A DNA stretch of 64,000 nucleotides from Fistulifera solaris (GCA_030295235.1 AP026154.1:1-64000); one strand, 5' to 3'; positions 35,909-50,011 are shown, numbered from the stretch's first letter. Notes: generated from the sequence alone by a model not told the origin. Program-made: numbers and translations.

Positions 35909-37219
35909 ATGTCACAAAACTCGAACGACTTTTTCAATTCCTTTGAAGGAACAGCTAATAGCAGTAGCAACGGAATGCAGCAACGAAAAGTAAAGCCACC
36001 GCCTCCTCCTCGGCGTCCTGGAGCTACTACTACGTCGACGATGCCTTCAGGAAGTTACTACGGAGGAGCAGCTGTGAATGCTCCTTCAGCAGCGGCTTCT
36101 CGTCCTGCTTCTTCAGTGAATACGAGTCAAAGGCAGCCACCGCCTCCGAAAGCACAAGCAACAACAAAAACAACAACAACACAAAGATCAACCAATACTT
36201 CGGCATCGTATTACAATGCTCCTTCCTATAATACTGATCCTACAAATACATCCTCGAGTTACTCACAAAACAACAACACTTCTGCGATGAGTAATACACC
36301 TTCGTATGGAGGTAACAACATGTATTCAGGGAATCGAAACAGTGTTGCGACGACAGCCACCGCGCCTACTTCTAACGCTGCTGCAACGACCTACAGCAGT
36401 AATACCACAGTGAATGCACCTGTTTCTGCATCAGATTGGTATACGGATTATTCGACTGCAGATAACATGACGACGGATGCTTCTGCTTCCTCAAATCCGT
36501 ACATAAATCCTTATCATACGGGCTCATTATCGGGATCGATGGCACCCTCGCCAGCAATGACCGACCATTCGATCCCCGCCGCGACTCCCTCGTACTTTAC
36601 ACCCACAATGAACATGACAACATCGTCGTCAACATCGTCGTTTCAGGAAGACATGGAAAATGAACCCCCTTTGTTGGAAGAGCTAGGGATTAACTTGCAA
36701 CAAATCTTCATGAAGACCAAAGCTGTCGTCATTCCTTTTCGAAGATTGGCGGGAAATACGGCTCTTATGGATCCGTCTCTAATAGTGGAAGACGCGGATT
36801 TGGCGGGTCCTTTGGTGTTTGCGCTCGCTTTGGGCTTTGAATTGTTACTAGGACTCGAAGTTGAATTTGGAGCCATTTACGGATTCGGATTGGCGGGGTG
36901 CGTCTCCATGACACTCATTCTCAATCTCATGAGCCCAACACAGGCTGTATCATTCTGGACGGTGACTTCCATTCTCGGGTATGCCTTGCTTCCCGTCAAT
37001 ATATTGGCGGCACTCAAAATATTGTTGCAAAACTTGGCCGGCTTTCAGACGCTTGTCCGCTTTTTGGCTGTCTTGACGATCTTATGGTGTACGACGGCGT
37101 CCACACGATTGCTGGAAGTTGGTTGTGAAATGGCACATCAGCGATATCTCATTGCGTATCCCATTGCTTTGCTGTATACGGCTTTTGTACTCATAACGAT
37201 CTTTTTAAAAAGTATTTAG
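35909..37219 (+). CDS. YIP1: Yip1/YIPF5-family ER-Golgi membrane protein
   Basis: ENEPPLLEELGIN, DLAGPL, LGYALLP and YLIAYPIALLY, preceded by a long low-complexity N-terminus. Confidence 0.9.
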   Translation: MSQNSNDFFNSFEGTANSSSNGMQQRKVKPPPPPRRPGATTTSTMPSGSYYGGAAVNAPSAAASRPASSVNTSQRQPPPPKAQATTKTTTTQRSTNTSASYYNAPSYNTDPTNTSSSYSQNNNTSAMSNTPSYGGNNMYSGNRNSVATTATAPTSNAAATTYSSNTTVNAPVSASDWYTDYSTADNMTTDASASSNPYINPYHTGSLSGSMAPSPAMTDHSIPAATPSYFTPTMNMTTSSSTSSFQEDMENEPPLLEELGINLQQIFMKTKAVVIPFRRLAGNTALMDPSLIVEDADLAGPLVFALALGFELLLGLEVEFGAIYGFGLAGCVSMTLILNLMSPTQAVSFWTVTSILGYALLPVNILAALKILLQNLAGFQTLVRFLAVLTILWCTTASTRLLEVGCEMAHQRYLIAYPIALLYTAFVLITIFLKSI

Positions 37220-37349
37220 TGAGGTTTACTAGTGTTGTTGGCCAGTTTCTGTACGTGCTATGTTTTACATGGTTTACATCGTCTTTATTTGTACTTGTTC
37301 GCCTTCTGTGTTCATTGCAGACAGATGAAAGAGTTGCAGAAATTAGAAA

Positions 37350-38525
37350 CTAACTATTAACAGGCTCCCATTCGATCCTCGCATCCAAGTCAACGTGTTG
37401 AAGAACTAATCCATGGGGCGGGGCACATTCCACAATATGAGTCGGTAACCGCTCTCCATACACCAACGCACTCTGGATCTGGGATGGAGTCATTGCACCC
37501 ATTCCAACTGCCACGAAAGTTCCGACCAGCATTCGAGCCATTTTATAAAGGAAACGATTTCCTGTGATGGTGATGGTGATTTCTCTCGTATCTCGCCACC
37601 TATAGTCGGTGGGTGCTATTTGTATGGAAGCAAGATCGCAGGTACCATTGAAGTCACTTTCTTTCCGACGCTTTCGATCTTGCGGTCCTTTGGGTATAGG
37701 GGAAAATGCTGTGAAATCATGCGCACCTTGCAAAAGTCGGGCCGCATCTTGCATGCGATCTAGAAATAAATCATCGACTACCTTGCCCACATGCCACACT
37801 CGCTTTCGTCGAATGGGGTCCGCAATAGTGCCAGTGGAAATCGTATATTGATATGTTTTCAAACGAGCATGGAGGGTAGGATGGAACGGCACGTCGTCTC
37901 TACTTCTTGTAGGGCTCGGCGCTACTGCGAAAATTCGTAAATCAACACCACTCATTCGATTTAGCGCGAATCCAATCTTACTAGCGGTAGCCAGTATAGG
38001 CACAAAGCATTCGGTCGAGTCAGTATTATTCCAGGGATGCGGATATCGTTTCCCTGGAATACTTGGTTGACCGGGATAATAAGGGCACAAACCCACACGA
38101 GTAGCGTCCAAAGCTGAAGGGGTGATTGCATACGCCTGTGCGACCATCCCTTGAGCGTGAACTCCCTTGTCCGTCCGACTGCAACCTTCAACTATCACAC
38201 ATTCCGGATCGAGGTTACCGAAGATCTTGGCGAGTTTCTTTTTCAATTCACCTTCTACGGTTCTTTGACTTTTGTTAGCTGCACTCCAACCGAAATAATG
38301 AGAACCATCATATCCGATTTTCAACAAGATGGACGTTCTCGGCAATTGATTTGCTCCCTTCTCCAAACAAGTTGGATCGAATGTTGCTGATTGTAATGTC
38401 GAAAAAGATAGTGCTCTATTCTCTCCGTTACTTACAAGTGCCAACACATGGAGCGTCGAGAGCCAAAATGCCGATAGGAATATCACAAAAGAAAACGAGT
38501 TGCGATGGGCGAGCCGAATTACCAT
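37350..38525 (-). CDS. truA: tRNA pseudouridine synthase of the TruA family, probably organellar
   Basis: IGYDGSHYFGW, catalytic SRTDKGVHA, GAHDFTAF, ITGNRFLYKMARMLVG and APPHGLVL, with a hydrophobic N-terminal leader. Confidence 0.92.
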   Translation of the reverse strand: MVIRLAHRNSFSFVIFLSAFWLSTLHVLALVSNGENRALSFSTLQSATFDPTCLEKGANQLPRTSILLKIGYDGSHYFGWSAANKSQRTVEGELKKKLAKIFGNLDPECVIVEGCSRTDKGVHAQGMVAQAYAITPSALDATRVGLCPYYPGQPSIPGKRYPHPWNNTDSTECFVPILATASKIGFALNRMSGVDLRIFAVAPSPTRSRDDVPFHPTLHARLKTYQYTISTGTIADPIRRKRVWHVGKVVDDLFLDRMQDAARLLQGAHDFTAFSPIPKGPQDRKRRKESDFNGTCDLASIQIAPTDYRWRDTREITITITGNRFLYKMARMLVGTFVAVGMGAMTPSQIQSALVYGERLPTHIVECAPPHGLVLQHVDLDARIEWEPVNS

Positions 38526-39333
38526 TATTTCTACTCATTCGGCGCATTCAAAAAAATATCGAGAAGGAGCAAGAAAGCATTCGGGAGACTTCGTTATCAT
38601 ATGAGCAACAGACAAGGGGTCTAGATTGATAATGAAAAGCAAAAAAGTAAATCGATTTTCGTTACTGAATTCTGTCGGGGTGCAAATGGTGATGAAGACG
38701 GTCTCGCCAAGCTCTAGAGGCACTTTTTCTAGGTAACGAAGCTATAGGAGCGCATGGAGCTAAGGTAGCAGTGTCGATGGAAACAATTATCCAACTGGTT
38801 GCTTTACGTGAGACTTATAGGTTTGGATTCGTGGTTTGTATTTCAAAAAAAAGCATACCTCGTAATTAATGGTTTACCTGGTAATAATCTATACACTAAT
38901 CAAAAGTAGCAACATGCATGACTCCCCATGCTGTGGGTCACGAACTGAAGGTCATAAGCCGGTCTTGGCTCGTGGTATTCAAGCGTACAATAAAATTTAT
39001 AGTAGTTTGAACCTATTGCGATCTATGTAGAATCTGACAGGCGTTTCAGTATCGTGTATGATGTTGTAGAGAGCTACCGCGAATAGCCGTTGACGAGCTA
39101 CTTAAGACAGACATGTACATTTCCCGCCTCTCTAAAATTTCGAACGATTTTTTCTAGGTAGAAAATGTAAGGCAAGGATGAGGTCATCCCTTGGATACGG
39201 TGCAGCGAGAGCCAAGATCTCGAACGATTTTGTGTACAACAAAGTGTAGACGGTGCGCCTCCATGACCGCGGAGAGGCATTGACCGCTTTTATCAACGCT
39301 TCATTGCATCTCTTGTTGAACACATTCGTTTGA

Positions 39334-40475
<1,142 letters not shown>

Positions 40476-40767
40476 ACTGTGCTCCCTCTGCAAGGGGTAA
40501 TGCACGTAACTCTCAAATCTAGTTTGTTCATCGTACTCTTGTATCCGCTCTCCGAGCAATAACTAGTTTAGTCTTTACCTGATAGAGATTTCACTCTCTG
40601 ATTTACCGCGGTCGCAAATTCGTTGTGTGCGAATCCAGCAAAGGCGACAGATGAATGCGATCAGCAGTACTTAAGCTGCCAAAATTACTTCATATCGTGA
40701 GGAAGGAGTAATTGTATTTTGCCTTTAGAATAGTTACACTAATTGTACAGTGCGACGTATAATATGT

Positions 40768-43700
40768 TCACTTCGAATGACAATCATCGCTTCGTCGCTG
40801 GCGGAGTCCATTTCCGCTGAAATTGCAGTCACAGTAATTCATTACGACACGCACTTCCGAACCCATGGGAGTATCAACCGTCACCTTTTTCGTAGCCGGG
40901 ATAGGGATGTTATCCAAAGCTTTTTGGCAAAACGGATTGCTGCACATAAAGACTGCCTTTCGGCTACATTGCCTTAATCGCTTATACCGATACACCGTTA
41001 TATCATGTTTGTTCGATCCACCGGCAGACCACGATACACATTCATTGGCTCTTCCAATCACAATCTTTTTCAATTTGTAGAACGAGGCGTCTTCATTGCA
41101 CTTCATATTGTGTCGGCTTCGACGCTCAGTAACTGCAGAAAAGGAGGGTGGGAGATCCAGCAAAGGGTGCAGTGTCGCTATAATAGAGCCCGGTACCATA
41201 TCGGCAAACAGACCAGATATATAGTTGTCCAAAAAGTATTTCTGGTTGCTTGTGAGACAACGATCAGCAAAAACGCCATTGAAATTGTTGGCAAGCGCCT
41301 TAACACGTGCCGTGCCTAGAGCAGTTATGAAGTTGCGATTCGATTCGTCTTCAAGCCGCCCACGTCGCAATTCTACGTCTCCAACCTCCCAAGTCCATGC
41401 CGACTTGGCAATACGAAGTGCTGATAGCTGGCCTTCGAGATTTGCTTTGAATTGAGTAGCTACAGTATTTCGATCCTCAACTAGCTCAAGGCCGCGGCTC
41501 TTGCATCCAAAAGTATACGCCGCCTGTAGGACATTGTTACCAATTCCGTGTCCTATGTCCATAAAAACATCATTCTTTCTCAGATCAAGAATGCTGCGGA
41601 AAACGTTGTCTGTTGCGTCTGGTAGCAGCCGCCCGTATTGCGCAGCTTCTTGGTCAGGACTTTCATCGCGACCAATATATCTGTTTGCCGCCCTGACGAG
41701 ATCTCCTTCTTCAATCTCTTCGGTGGTTTTGTCAAAATCATCTTCGGCACTAGCCCACATGACCTTGAAATCTTCCAGTGAAAAAAGGCCATTCTATGGA
41801 AACAATGTTGGTTTACATTTCCACATCATTGCAACATGAAGCTTGCATCATTTACTTACCGGTGGGGCATCCGTTACTTGAGCGACAATCATCATCTGAT
41901 GGAAATTATCAAACTTGTACATTTGAGCAGTGTGCTCAACTAAGTCGCTTAATCCTTCAATGGGCTTCGTAGGATTCTTTGCTAAAACAAGTACTCGCTC
42001 GTGGCTCAATCGATGGGCTGTCGGTCCGGATGCAGATAAAAACATGTCCGGATTCCGGTGATCTAACTTGTAAAATTGCGGTGTGAGATTCGCTAATGAT
42101 TTTTTGCGTTTCTTCGCTGGACCAGTGTATTGAACAAATGGGTCACATGTAGGTCGTCTCGCGAGAAGCCGCCTATTAATCCGCTTGCGTCTCAGAGAAT
42201 GACTGCTTGAACCGGAGCCAGCAGAATGAATCTTTTCTGGCGACGTTGCTTTCGGGTCCTGATCACCTCGGCCATGACAGTCATTTTGCCCAGTTTGCAA
42301 CGCGTATTCCTCATCATATGAGGCTGGGCTAGAGCTGTGATTCAAAATAGGCGCGGAGCGTTGAGCATCATTTGAGGCTGGACTAGAGCTTTGATTCGAG
42401 GTAGATGCGGTGTGACGAGCATCAACGTTGTTGAAACGTCCTCCCGGAGACTGCTCAACAACCTCGACGGAACATCCGGATTGCGAGGACCCAGACGTTG
42501 ACGAATGGCTACGAGCAACCGAACTGTTACATTTTTCTCCAGGAGACTGCTTGATATACTGTATGAAAGATCCCGGCTCCGAATCGGAATAAGTAGAACG
42601 ATGTCTATTACGCGCATTGTTGTCTAGTTTCCCAGGATACTGCATGATATACTCTACCGAAGAGTCACATTCCGACGCAGACGAATGGTGACAAGTCGAC
42701 TTCAAATACTCTACCGAGCTGTCAGTGTCCGACTTGCACTCCGACATGTCTGAGTAAGGACGGGCAACCCTACAATCGTATCGTGTTCCCGAAGACTGCT
42801 TCAGAAACACTACCGACTCATCAGAGTCTGATTTGTAATTGAGCGAAGAAGAGCGACGATGCCCAACGGAGGTGTCGAAGTGTCTCCCCGGACACTGCTT
42901 GACAAATTTTATGGAAGAATCGGCGTTCGAGTAACTAGAGGTCGACGAATGACGACGAGTAACCGAGTCATCGTAACGTTTCCCGTTCTTTTGCTCGGCG
43001 GACGAATTATCGGATTCTGCACTGGAATCAGAAGTCGACGAGCGGCTCCGTTCGTAACGATGTACGAAGCTTTCGAGGACCACCACCGACGAATCTTGAT
43101 CTGACTTTGGATCAAATAGATCTGGGAAAAGACGTCCCAAGCCGTTAACCTGATGTTGCGGGTGAGACTGTCGCCTTCGAGGACTTGGTTCCTTTACAGT
43201 GATAATAGACGAATCGCCCGAGTCTTGAGAATTATTGGAATCCTCACTGCTTTTTTCAGACGAAAGCGACGATTCCCTGCGCACAGATTCGTAAATAGAT
43301 CGACGGTATGCTTGTAATTTTCGCGATCCGTTGGCTTCTTTGGGACTTTGGAGGTTTGCCTGTTTGCAATCACCGAGGATTACTATAGATGAATCGTCAT
43401 CTGCAACACTACTTGCGAAGGAATTGTGCTTCGATGAAGGTTTTGACGCGTCATTAAGCGTAGACTGTGAGGATTCTGATGTTTTGTAGGACGGAGTTAC
43501 ATCATTGGAAGCAATCGATTGAAAAACCTTGTCAAGTCTCTGTTTCGTAGCCGCTTTTGCTTCCTCAGGCATATCATTTTCTGACACCAAAGGGGACTGC
43601 GCAGGACTTACTGGCGAAGGCTGGTTATCTCTCGTTTCATTATGCGGTGTATCACTGAAACGACTACGTTTCGTATCACTATCGGCAGCGATCGGCAGTT

Positions 43701-43842
43701 TAGTCTTCCGATCATTGCCGGACGCCTCGCTCTCTTCTTGAGTACCTTCCGAGGAAATGCTGCTTCTGGAAATCGAATTCGTCATAAATCCCATCCATCT
43801 TTTCAGCACGCTTTCCGGGGGATCAGATTTGCGTGATGACAT
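40768..43842 (-). CDS. DOT1-like histone H3K79 methyltransferase with a long Ser-rich repetitive N-terminus; intron 41794-41859
   Basis: A phase-0 GT-AG intron joins ORFs 41848..43842 and 40768..41760 in frame. DOT1-type motifs QYGRLLP, DVFMDIGHGIGNNVLQAA, GLELVEDR and ALANNF are present. Confidence 0.78.
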
Positions 43843-45450
43843 TGTTGTTGTAATTATTTTGCAGCTGCAATCAATGATCTCTATCTCCCCGTTGACCGTC
43901 AGCCAGGTTGCTGTAGCGTTATTGCCTGATGAGCGCTGCGGTTACGTCTAGATGTTTCTTTATAGATAAGGATTCGCGCTATACATCAATCACTGCTGGA
44001 AGTGCTTAGCGTAATCAAAACCTTTTGCGTTTCCAAGTACTTGGTAAGAGGTACCAGGTATTGTGCCTCCGCATCAGTCGCAAGCATTGAATAAAAAAGC
44101 CAAAGACAACGCCACCATCCACCATCAATTCAAACGACCAAATCAAAGTCGCAAAGCGATTATTCTAAATATATGACAAAGTGTAGGCTAACGGCATTTA
44201 GTGACACAAGACACAAGTGCAGTCTTGTCGTTTATCGTCCGCAGAAAACTAAAACTCCCTCGGTTTAATCGTTGAACACTACTTTTCGAGCTGTTTAGCA
44301 CGCATTGTCATTTCACTGGTGCTGTCGGTGCTTGGGTGGTGATGTTGGATGAAATACCAAAAGCCTGCCTATTATTTTTGGTTTCCCTTTGTTTTGAGGG
44401 AAGATAGACCAGAATTTTATCTCGATATTGATAAATTCTTTTCATATCAGCTATCAGCATTATTCTGGCTATCTGACAGAGGAGAAGAGTCTAGGTCGTA
44501 TCTCGAGATGTGTTTACTCACTACAATGAAGCACGTCGGAGGTCGGTTTTATTCGGGACTGAACCTGAGCTAAGTCGTCCGAGAGGAAGATCCATCGTCA
44601 CGGCCTAGTCTAAAGTAGAATGCAACCATTACCATCCATTCCAGCAACATCACGAGCATATAATAGTCGACATGCCGCTGCAGTTATTCGTTTTGACATC
44701 GTCACGTGTCAAAAACATAGAATAAGATTGTTAGTCTGTTATTTGTTGCTTGTAATGAATTCATCCTGAAGGTTTCTCGAAAAGGTGAACTTAATACTTA
44801 TTACAGTGCGCAACAAAAATTACTAGGTCAAAATGGATGCCGTATTTTGACTATTTCCTGAAGACGAGACATCAGAAAGGGCCGCAACGTTTGAAGAACA
44901 GCACTTGTGTTATTCGTGGAATGTTTCGACGCTGGTTGTGATTTGTGATTGTGACGTACAAAAAATGCAGCTATGTCACCATCGTGAATTTTGGTCGGGT
45001 GTCCCGGTTGTTTTTAATCGGAGATTGAAGCTCGCACCTCGCGGTTCGCGGACGCGAGCGGCTAAGCTGTATAACATTTCACTAGGATGGCAATCACACT
45101 TCGAACTTAATAGGAAGCATGACTGAAAGCACTCTTCACTCTTCGCTTTCGATGAAAGGCTAAATAATAATAAAATGCTGAAGTAGGATAACTTGTTCTG
45201 CATCTTTCGATTCACAGGGATGGCAGTTGTGCGGTCCAATATGAATCTAGTATCGAATAACACAAGGAAGAAACAAAAAACGTTGACGGGAGGTTGATGG
45301 GGTATGTCGGGATTCGGGACGAGTTCTGAATTCAGAACAATAGCTTTTTATTGAGTAATTCCTGCGAAGAGCACGATCTTGAAACACAAACAAAAACTAA
45401 TGAACCTTTCGCTCTCTCATTGCAAACACAAGTGAGCCGCAACAATCACA

Positions 45451-46461
45451 ATGACAATGGTCGACTGCTTATCCGAGGAAGAAGATTACACAACATCGAC
45501 AAAAAGCCGTACGTCGCTGCACACTCTGTTTTCTCTGGTAGCAGAGAGGACACGAACGTGCATTGTTGATGACGAAGAGGAAAGTTTCGGCTGCGAGGAA
45601 GCGGACATACTTAGTCTGGGAAAAGCGACATCGATGCAGGTTGCATCCGACGAGTCAGATTCGTCACCCATAAAGCTGCCGTTGAAGAGTTCAAGCGCTT
45701 TCTCTGATGCTGTGAGCAAGGATCCACACTTGAATTTCAATCCATCTCTGCTTGCGAAGCGAGCATCGTTGAGTGGGAAAGCGTGCGTTCAGGAAGAGAA
45801 AGACACGGCGCAAAAGCTAAGGCGAACGACGAATGATCTTTTGCACAAGAAATCAGCGTTGTGTGAAGGAAAGTGCGTATCAAATTTCCCTGGGACACCC
45901 AGCCCGACGAAGAGCTGCGGAGGTGCAGCAAAAGGCGCAAATTATGTCATGAAAACTCAGACCGACTTGAGAAGACGGGGTCATATTAGTGCGCCAAGAT
46001 CACCCAAGCACCCGCGTTCTACAATAAAAATCAAATCACATCGTGTACATAACACGAACACTCAAAGTACGTGTGATTCCAAAAACGTCTTGAGTCAGGC
46101 AGGTATTTGGGGGCTCTATGACCTACGATCCATCGATAGCGATCATAGTGACAATTCCGATGATGCAATTGAGTTTAGTCGGCCAACTACGGAACGCATG
46201 CTTCCATACTCTACAAGTTCAACGTACCAAGCTATTGAAGGAAGAAGCTTTCCGATGTCAAGCCGAGACAGCTCCGTTCGATGGATCAGTTCTCCTGGAA
46301 AAGCGAGCAAAAGTTCATCTTCTCTTCATCTTCCATCGCGCTTTGTTTCTCCAAATCGCAGCGCCCCAAAAAGGCGCAGTGGCGCCCAAATTGATCGGTT
46401 GCACTATTCAAAAGACGAAAGGGAGATGCTACGAACTCCTTTTGCTGAAATGGATTCCTAG
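45451..46461 (+). CDS. Hypothetical low-complexity protein
   Basis: 336-aa ATG ORF with no recognised domain. Confidence 0.6.
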   Translation: MTMVDCLSEEEDYTTSTKSRTSLHTLFSLVAERTRTCIVDDEEESFGCEEADILSLGKATSMQVASDESDSSPIKLPLKSSSAFSDAVSKDPHLNFNPSLLAKRASLSGKACVQEEKDTAQKLRRTTNDLLHKKSALCEGKCVSNFPGTPSPTKSCGGAAKGANYVMKTQTDLRRRGHISAPRSPKHPRSTIKIKSHRVHNTNTQSTCDSKNVLSQAGIWGLYDLRSIDSDHSDNSDDAIEFSRPTTERMLPYSTSSTYQAIEGRSFPMSSRDSSVRWISSPGKASKSSSSLHLPSRFVSPNRSAPKRRSGAQIDRLHYSKDEREMLRTPFAEMDS

Positions 46462-46635
46462 GGTCTATGAGGAAGGTCTATCTTAGATCCTTGCGTGTCT
46501 CTAATCAAGCGAAAGTCGCGGAGATAGCATAGACACGTTAATCTATCCAACATATAATTAAATCTTACTTCTGCATGATTTTAACATTCATATTATTGAT
46601 ACTGAGTACAAGATGCATGATACGTTTGCAGGTCG

Positions 46636-47565
46636 TTACAGGAGGAGAAAATGGCGTGCGTCACTGGGGACAGTAGGTGGTTGCAATGCCTCAGATCCAT
46701 TTGAGGACCATTTATCTATAGCATCTAGGACAGACCCTTTCCACTGTTGCATCAACTCAAAGAGATATTCCGTGTAGATATTTATAAGATCTCCGAATTC
46801 ATTCACTTTGCCGAGAATCATAGCAGCCGTCGGAAAAATACCGTATATTCCATTTTCAACGTAAGGTCCGTACGGCTGGTGAATGAGCATGGCAATTCCG
46901 ATCATGAAAGCTGCAAACGCGAGTGAAATGAAAGCATCCCTGAGCTCATTGCGCTGTGGAGGTGCAGATGGCTGTGCTGTCGGCGCACGATGATCGCGTT
47001 CTATCTTGAACTTTTGGTGAGGCAGACAACGGCTTTGGCTCGGATCCCGAGATTGCGGACTGCCCCCATTCAAGGGACTGTTTTCAGATAGACGATGCTC
47101 CCATAAATCGAGATGTTTTCGAATATCGAAATGTTCTGGTTCTTCCGCTTGTTCTGTGGTCGCACGAGGCGAACTTTGTGAATTGCGTTGGTTTTCGGCA
47201 GCTTGCTGCTCCCATTTCTCCTTGAGCTCCTTCAATTTTCCCGCAGACTCTTTGATAACACCGGACGGAGAAGTTTTGTCGGATTCTTCCGTCAAAGAAG
47301 ACTCGGACGATATTTGTTCGGGGCTCTTTTCCTTCGATTTTCTTTCAAAAGGAAACAATTTCTTGGAAGATGATTTGTTGCTTTTCTTCTCTTTTTTCTT
47401 GCCGTCTTTCTTCGCATCCTTCTTATTCCTCCTCAACAAGCGAGTCATGCCAATTATCGGAGATTCATCATCGTTGTCACTGCTTACCGAAACGTGTGAC
47501 GAGTACGATTCGTCAAACGGCAATTGATGATTCGTAATCACGGGCTCCTGATTCGTGCTTTTCAT
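46636..47565 (-). CDS. Hypothetical membrane protein
   Basis: 309-aa ORF with a Lys-rich region and a hydrophobic segment AFISLAFAAFMIGIAMLI. Confidence 0.65.
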   Translation of the reverse strand: MKSTNQEPVITNHQLPFDESYSSHVSVSSDNDDESPIIGMTRLLRRNKKDAKKDGKKKEKKSNKSSSKKLFPFERKSKEKSPEQISSESSLTEESDKTSPSGVIKESAGKLKELKEKWEQQAAENQRNSQSSPRATTEQAEEPEHFDIRKHLDLWEHRLSENSPLNGGSPQSRDPSQSRCLPHQKFKIERDHRAPTAQPSAPPQRNELRDAFISLAFAAFMIGIAMLIHQPYGPYVENGIYGIFPTAAMILGKVNEFGDLINIYTEYLFELMQQWKGSVLDAIDKWSSNGSEALQPPTVPSDARHFLLL

Positions 47566-48189
47566 TTGTTAAGGTGTATTGATTTCGCTTTCGCAAAAGC
47601 TGCTTTTGATTTGTTCTTGCAACCTACGATAGTTTAGATGACCTTATTCGAACTGTATGCAAAAAGGAAGAGTTAAAATAATGATAACAGGCGATATAAT
47701 GCGAGAATGGAAATCCGTTGCCTATCAATCGTTTCCTCGCGATGAAGAACCTTCGCTGCATATTTTGGCGAGCCCAAAATTCCGTGAAACGCGGTGAGAC
47801 ATGATCAAACTGATGCCTGGTATCTCATTACTGAATTCAGTCGTGAAAAAAGTCACCTACACGTTAGCATAGAGGCGTCTAGCATTCGGGTTAAATTTTC
47901 GACGATTAAAAATCGGAATCAGGGGCCCATTGCTGATAAATTTATCTTTCATTTATAGCTAGATTTGAGTAAGCGTAAAATTATTGATCAAAAATTAATC
48001 GGATGCCTTGTTACTTTAATTTAAGGTCAACATCGATGATGGCCACACGAAAAACTCTTTGCCCGACCTCGATCGAACCACCGGGAGGAAGATTAAAACT
48101 CGTGATAAATCCAAATGTTCGTAAAAGGGTCAAACTTCTAGCATTTCGATGTCTATCATAGTGGTAGACAATTCTAGGCTTTAACATCA

Positions 48190-48999
48190 TCAGCACGAAT
48201 ATTCCAAGGTCATCTCATTAAAAGGCTTTTTCGACAGCGTTCTCCCCACCATGGCGGTCCCATAGATTTGATTCGGACTCCCTAAGCAGTCTTGCAGCTC
48301 TAAGGCCTGAACAAATCCCTGCTGTTCGTACCAAGGCACTAGTCGGCCGCTGCCTTTGTCGTTTGCCACAATCACAGTGCAATCGGCCCCCATGGTAAAA
48401 TGAATATACCGTAGAATCTGCATCGCCTGAATACCCCATTGCAATCCACGATACTGTGGATCGATCCAGATAAAAATTAAAGCCATGGTTCGTAAATTGT
48501 TGCCTTCATCATCGTCTTCACACTTCAATTTCCGGCGCGTCGTCTCCAGCAAAGGAAGCGGTGGACCGGTTTGTGTCGTAAATCCCATCCGAATCACGTG
48601 TTTTTCCGTAGCAAATTGAGCCGGAAGATATGCTTTTAATACAAGTTGACTGTTTCCAGAAGTTCGTGGCAATATTAAAGGGGCGGATTGCGTTGTAAAC
48701 TCATTGCTTCCTTGTGTGAGTGTCTCCCAGTATCGTTTTCCTAAGTACTGTAACCGTTCCCAAGGCGTCGTTTTTTCTGGCAGTGTTACCTTCCACTGCA
48801 AGTCCTGAAACAAAATGGATGTTGGGGGCGATAGTGCCGTCAATTCCTTTGTAGGCACGGCAAAGGCAGTACAAGGGGAGCGATTTGCTATCGCATGACA
48901 AGTTGAAGATGCGCTCGTCGCAGAGAATGCAAAAGATCGAGCCGCGAAGCACACCCCAAGTATAAAGAATAACATGCGCATTCGCCTTTCTGTGTTCAA
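48190..48999 (-). CDS. Putative plastid-targeted GNAT N-acetyltransferase
   Basis: Signal peptide ending SFA-FS, motif A IWIDPQYRGLQWG and motif B LVPWYEQQGF. The start is probably an internal Met (MRMLFF). Confidence 0.8.
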   Translation of the reverse strand: MNTERRMRMLFFILGVCFAARSFAFSATSASSTCHAIANRSPCTAFAVPTKELTALSPPTSILFQDLQWKVTLPEKTTPWERLQYLGKRYWETLTQGSNEFTTQSAPLILPRTSGNSQLVLKAYLPAQFATEKHVIRMGFTTQTGPPLPLLETTRRKLKCEDDDEGNNLRTMALIFIWIDPQYRGLQWGIQAMQILRYIHFTMGADCTVIVANDKGSGRLVPWYEQQGFVQALELQDCLGSPNQIYGTAMVGRTLSKKPFNEMTLEYSC

Positions 49000-49792
49000 C
49001 AGTTTGTTATAGTTACGTAATCAAGGACAATCAGAGAAGTTGCCTGCAGGAAATGAAATAATATGATCAAAATTACTGCGTATCAATTAAGGTTACGGAG
49101 TAAAATAAAATAATTGCGTCAATCGTCAATATTGCCGCTCCGACTCGAAACGATTTCAGTCCCGGTACAGCACGCCTTCAATGGATAATCACGGTAAAGC
49201 CTTACCAGGTACACAGAATTTCTAAACGATCAAGAACAACATATGCAGAATATCTGGAGCTTACACAGGATTGATGGTGTATGGTGTATGGCCAACATCA
49301 CTTGCTCCAGAATTTCAAGAAATTACACAGGATTGTTGTATGACCGAAACACCATCTCCAGTATTCCTGGAATGAAGACAACCAAGCTTCGTTCCTTCTA
49401 CCTGGTATGAACGAGATGGATCGAAAAGCACTGAACCCCCACGCCTTTTATTATTATTTCTGTCGACGCAAAGCATCAAAAAGACTAGTTTTTCTCAAGA
49501 ATGGATTATAATTATTCAGCCTTTTTTGGTAGCCGCATGCAGGAATGGATCCTATCTGAGATCTCATGATTATTTTCCAGCTTCCTTAGGAACACATATA
49601 TAAAGAATTTGACCATCATTCACTTTGCTTAAAGATAGCTTTTGTTCCTTTTCGTCAATTATGAAATCAGCGAGAAAATGATTGACGCCCTCGTGAAAAA
49701 GGCAGGTGAAACTATTTTGCACCATCCCGAAAGCCGTCTATACATTTGTCGCTCGAACTGTTTATTTCCCTCCCACATCTGCTGCGGCTTCG

Positions 49793-50011
49793 CTACTCGG
49801 ACTGCTGCTCTTGTTTTTGTCGACGCTCACGCCGCATCTGTTCGGAACGAGCCGTGATCGCTTCGGGCTTTTCTTGACTGAGATACGAGTGACCTTGTCG
49901 ACCATCGCCGGACCGAAACACAGGTACGGCCAAGAGTCCAATCACCGCCGTGCTTGCGACTAGCACTTTTGCGGAATGCGGACCGGGAATCTTGCTGATC
50001 AGTTTGTCCAT
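49793..50011 (-). CDS. Small single-pass membrane protein
   Basis: 72-aa ATG ORF with one hydrophobic helix (VLVASTAVIGLLAVPVF) and a charged C-terminal tail. Confidence 0.55.
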   Translation of the reverse strand: MDKLISKIPGPHSAKVLVASTAVIGLLAVPVFRSGDGRQGHSYLSQEKPEAITARSEQMRRERRQKQEQQSE

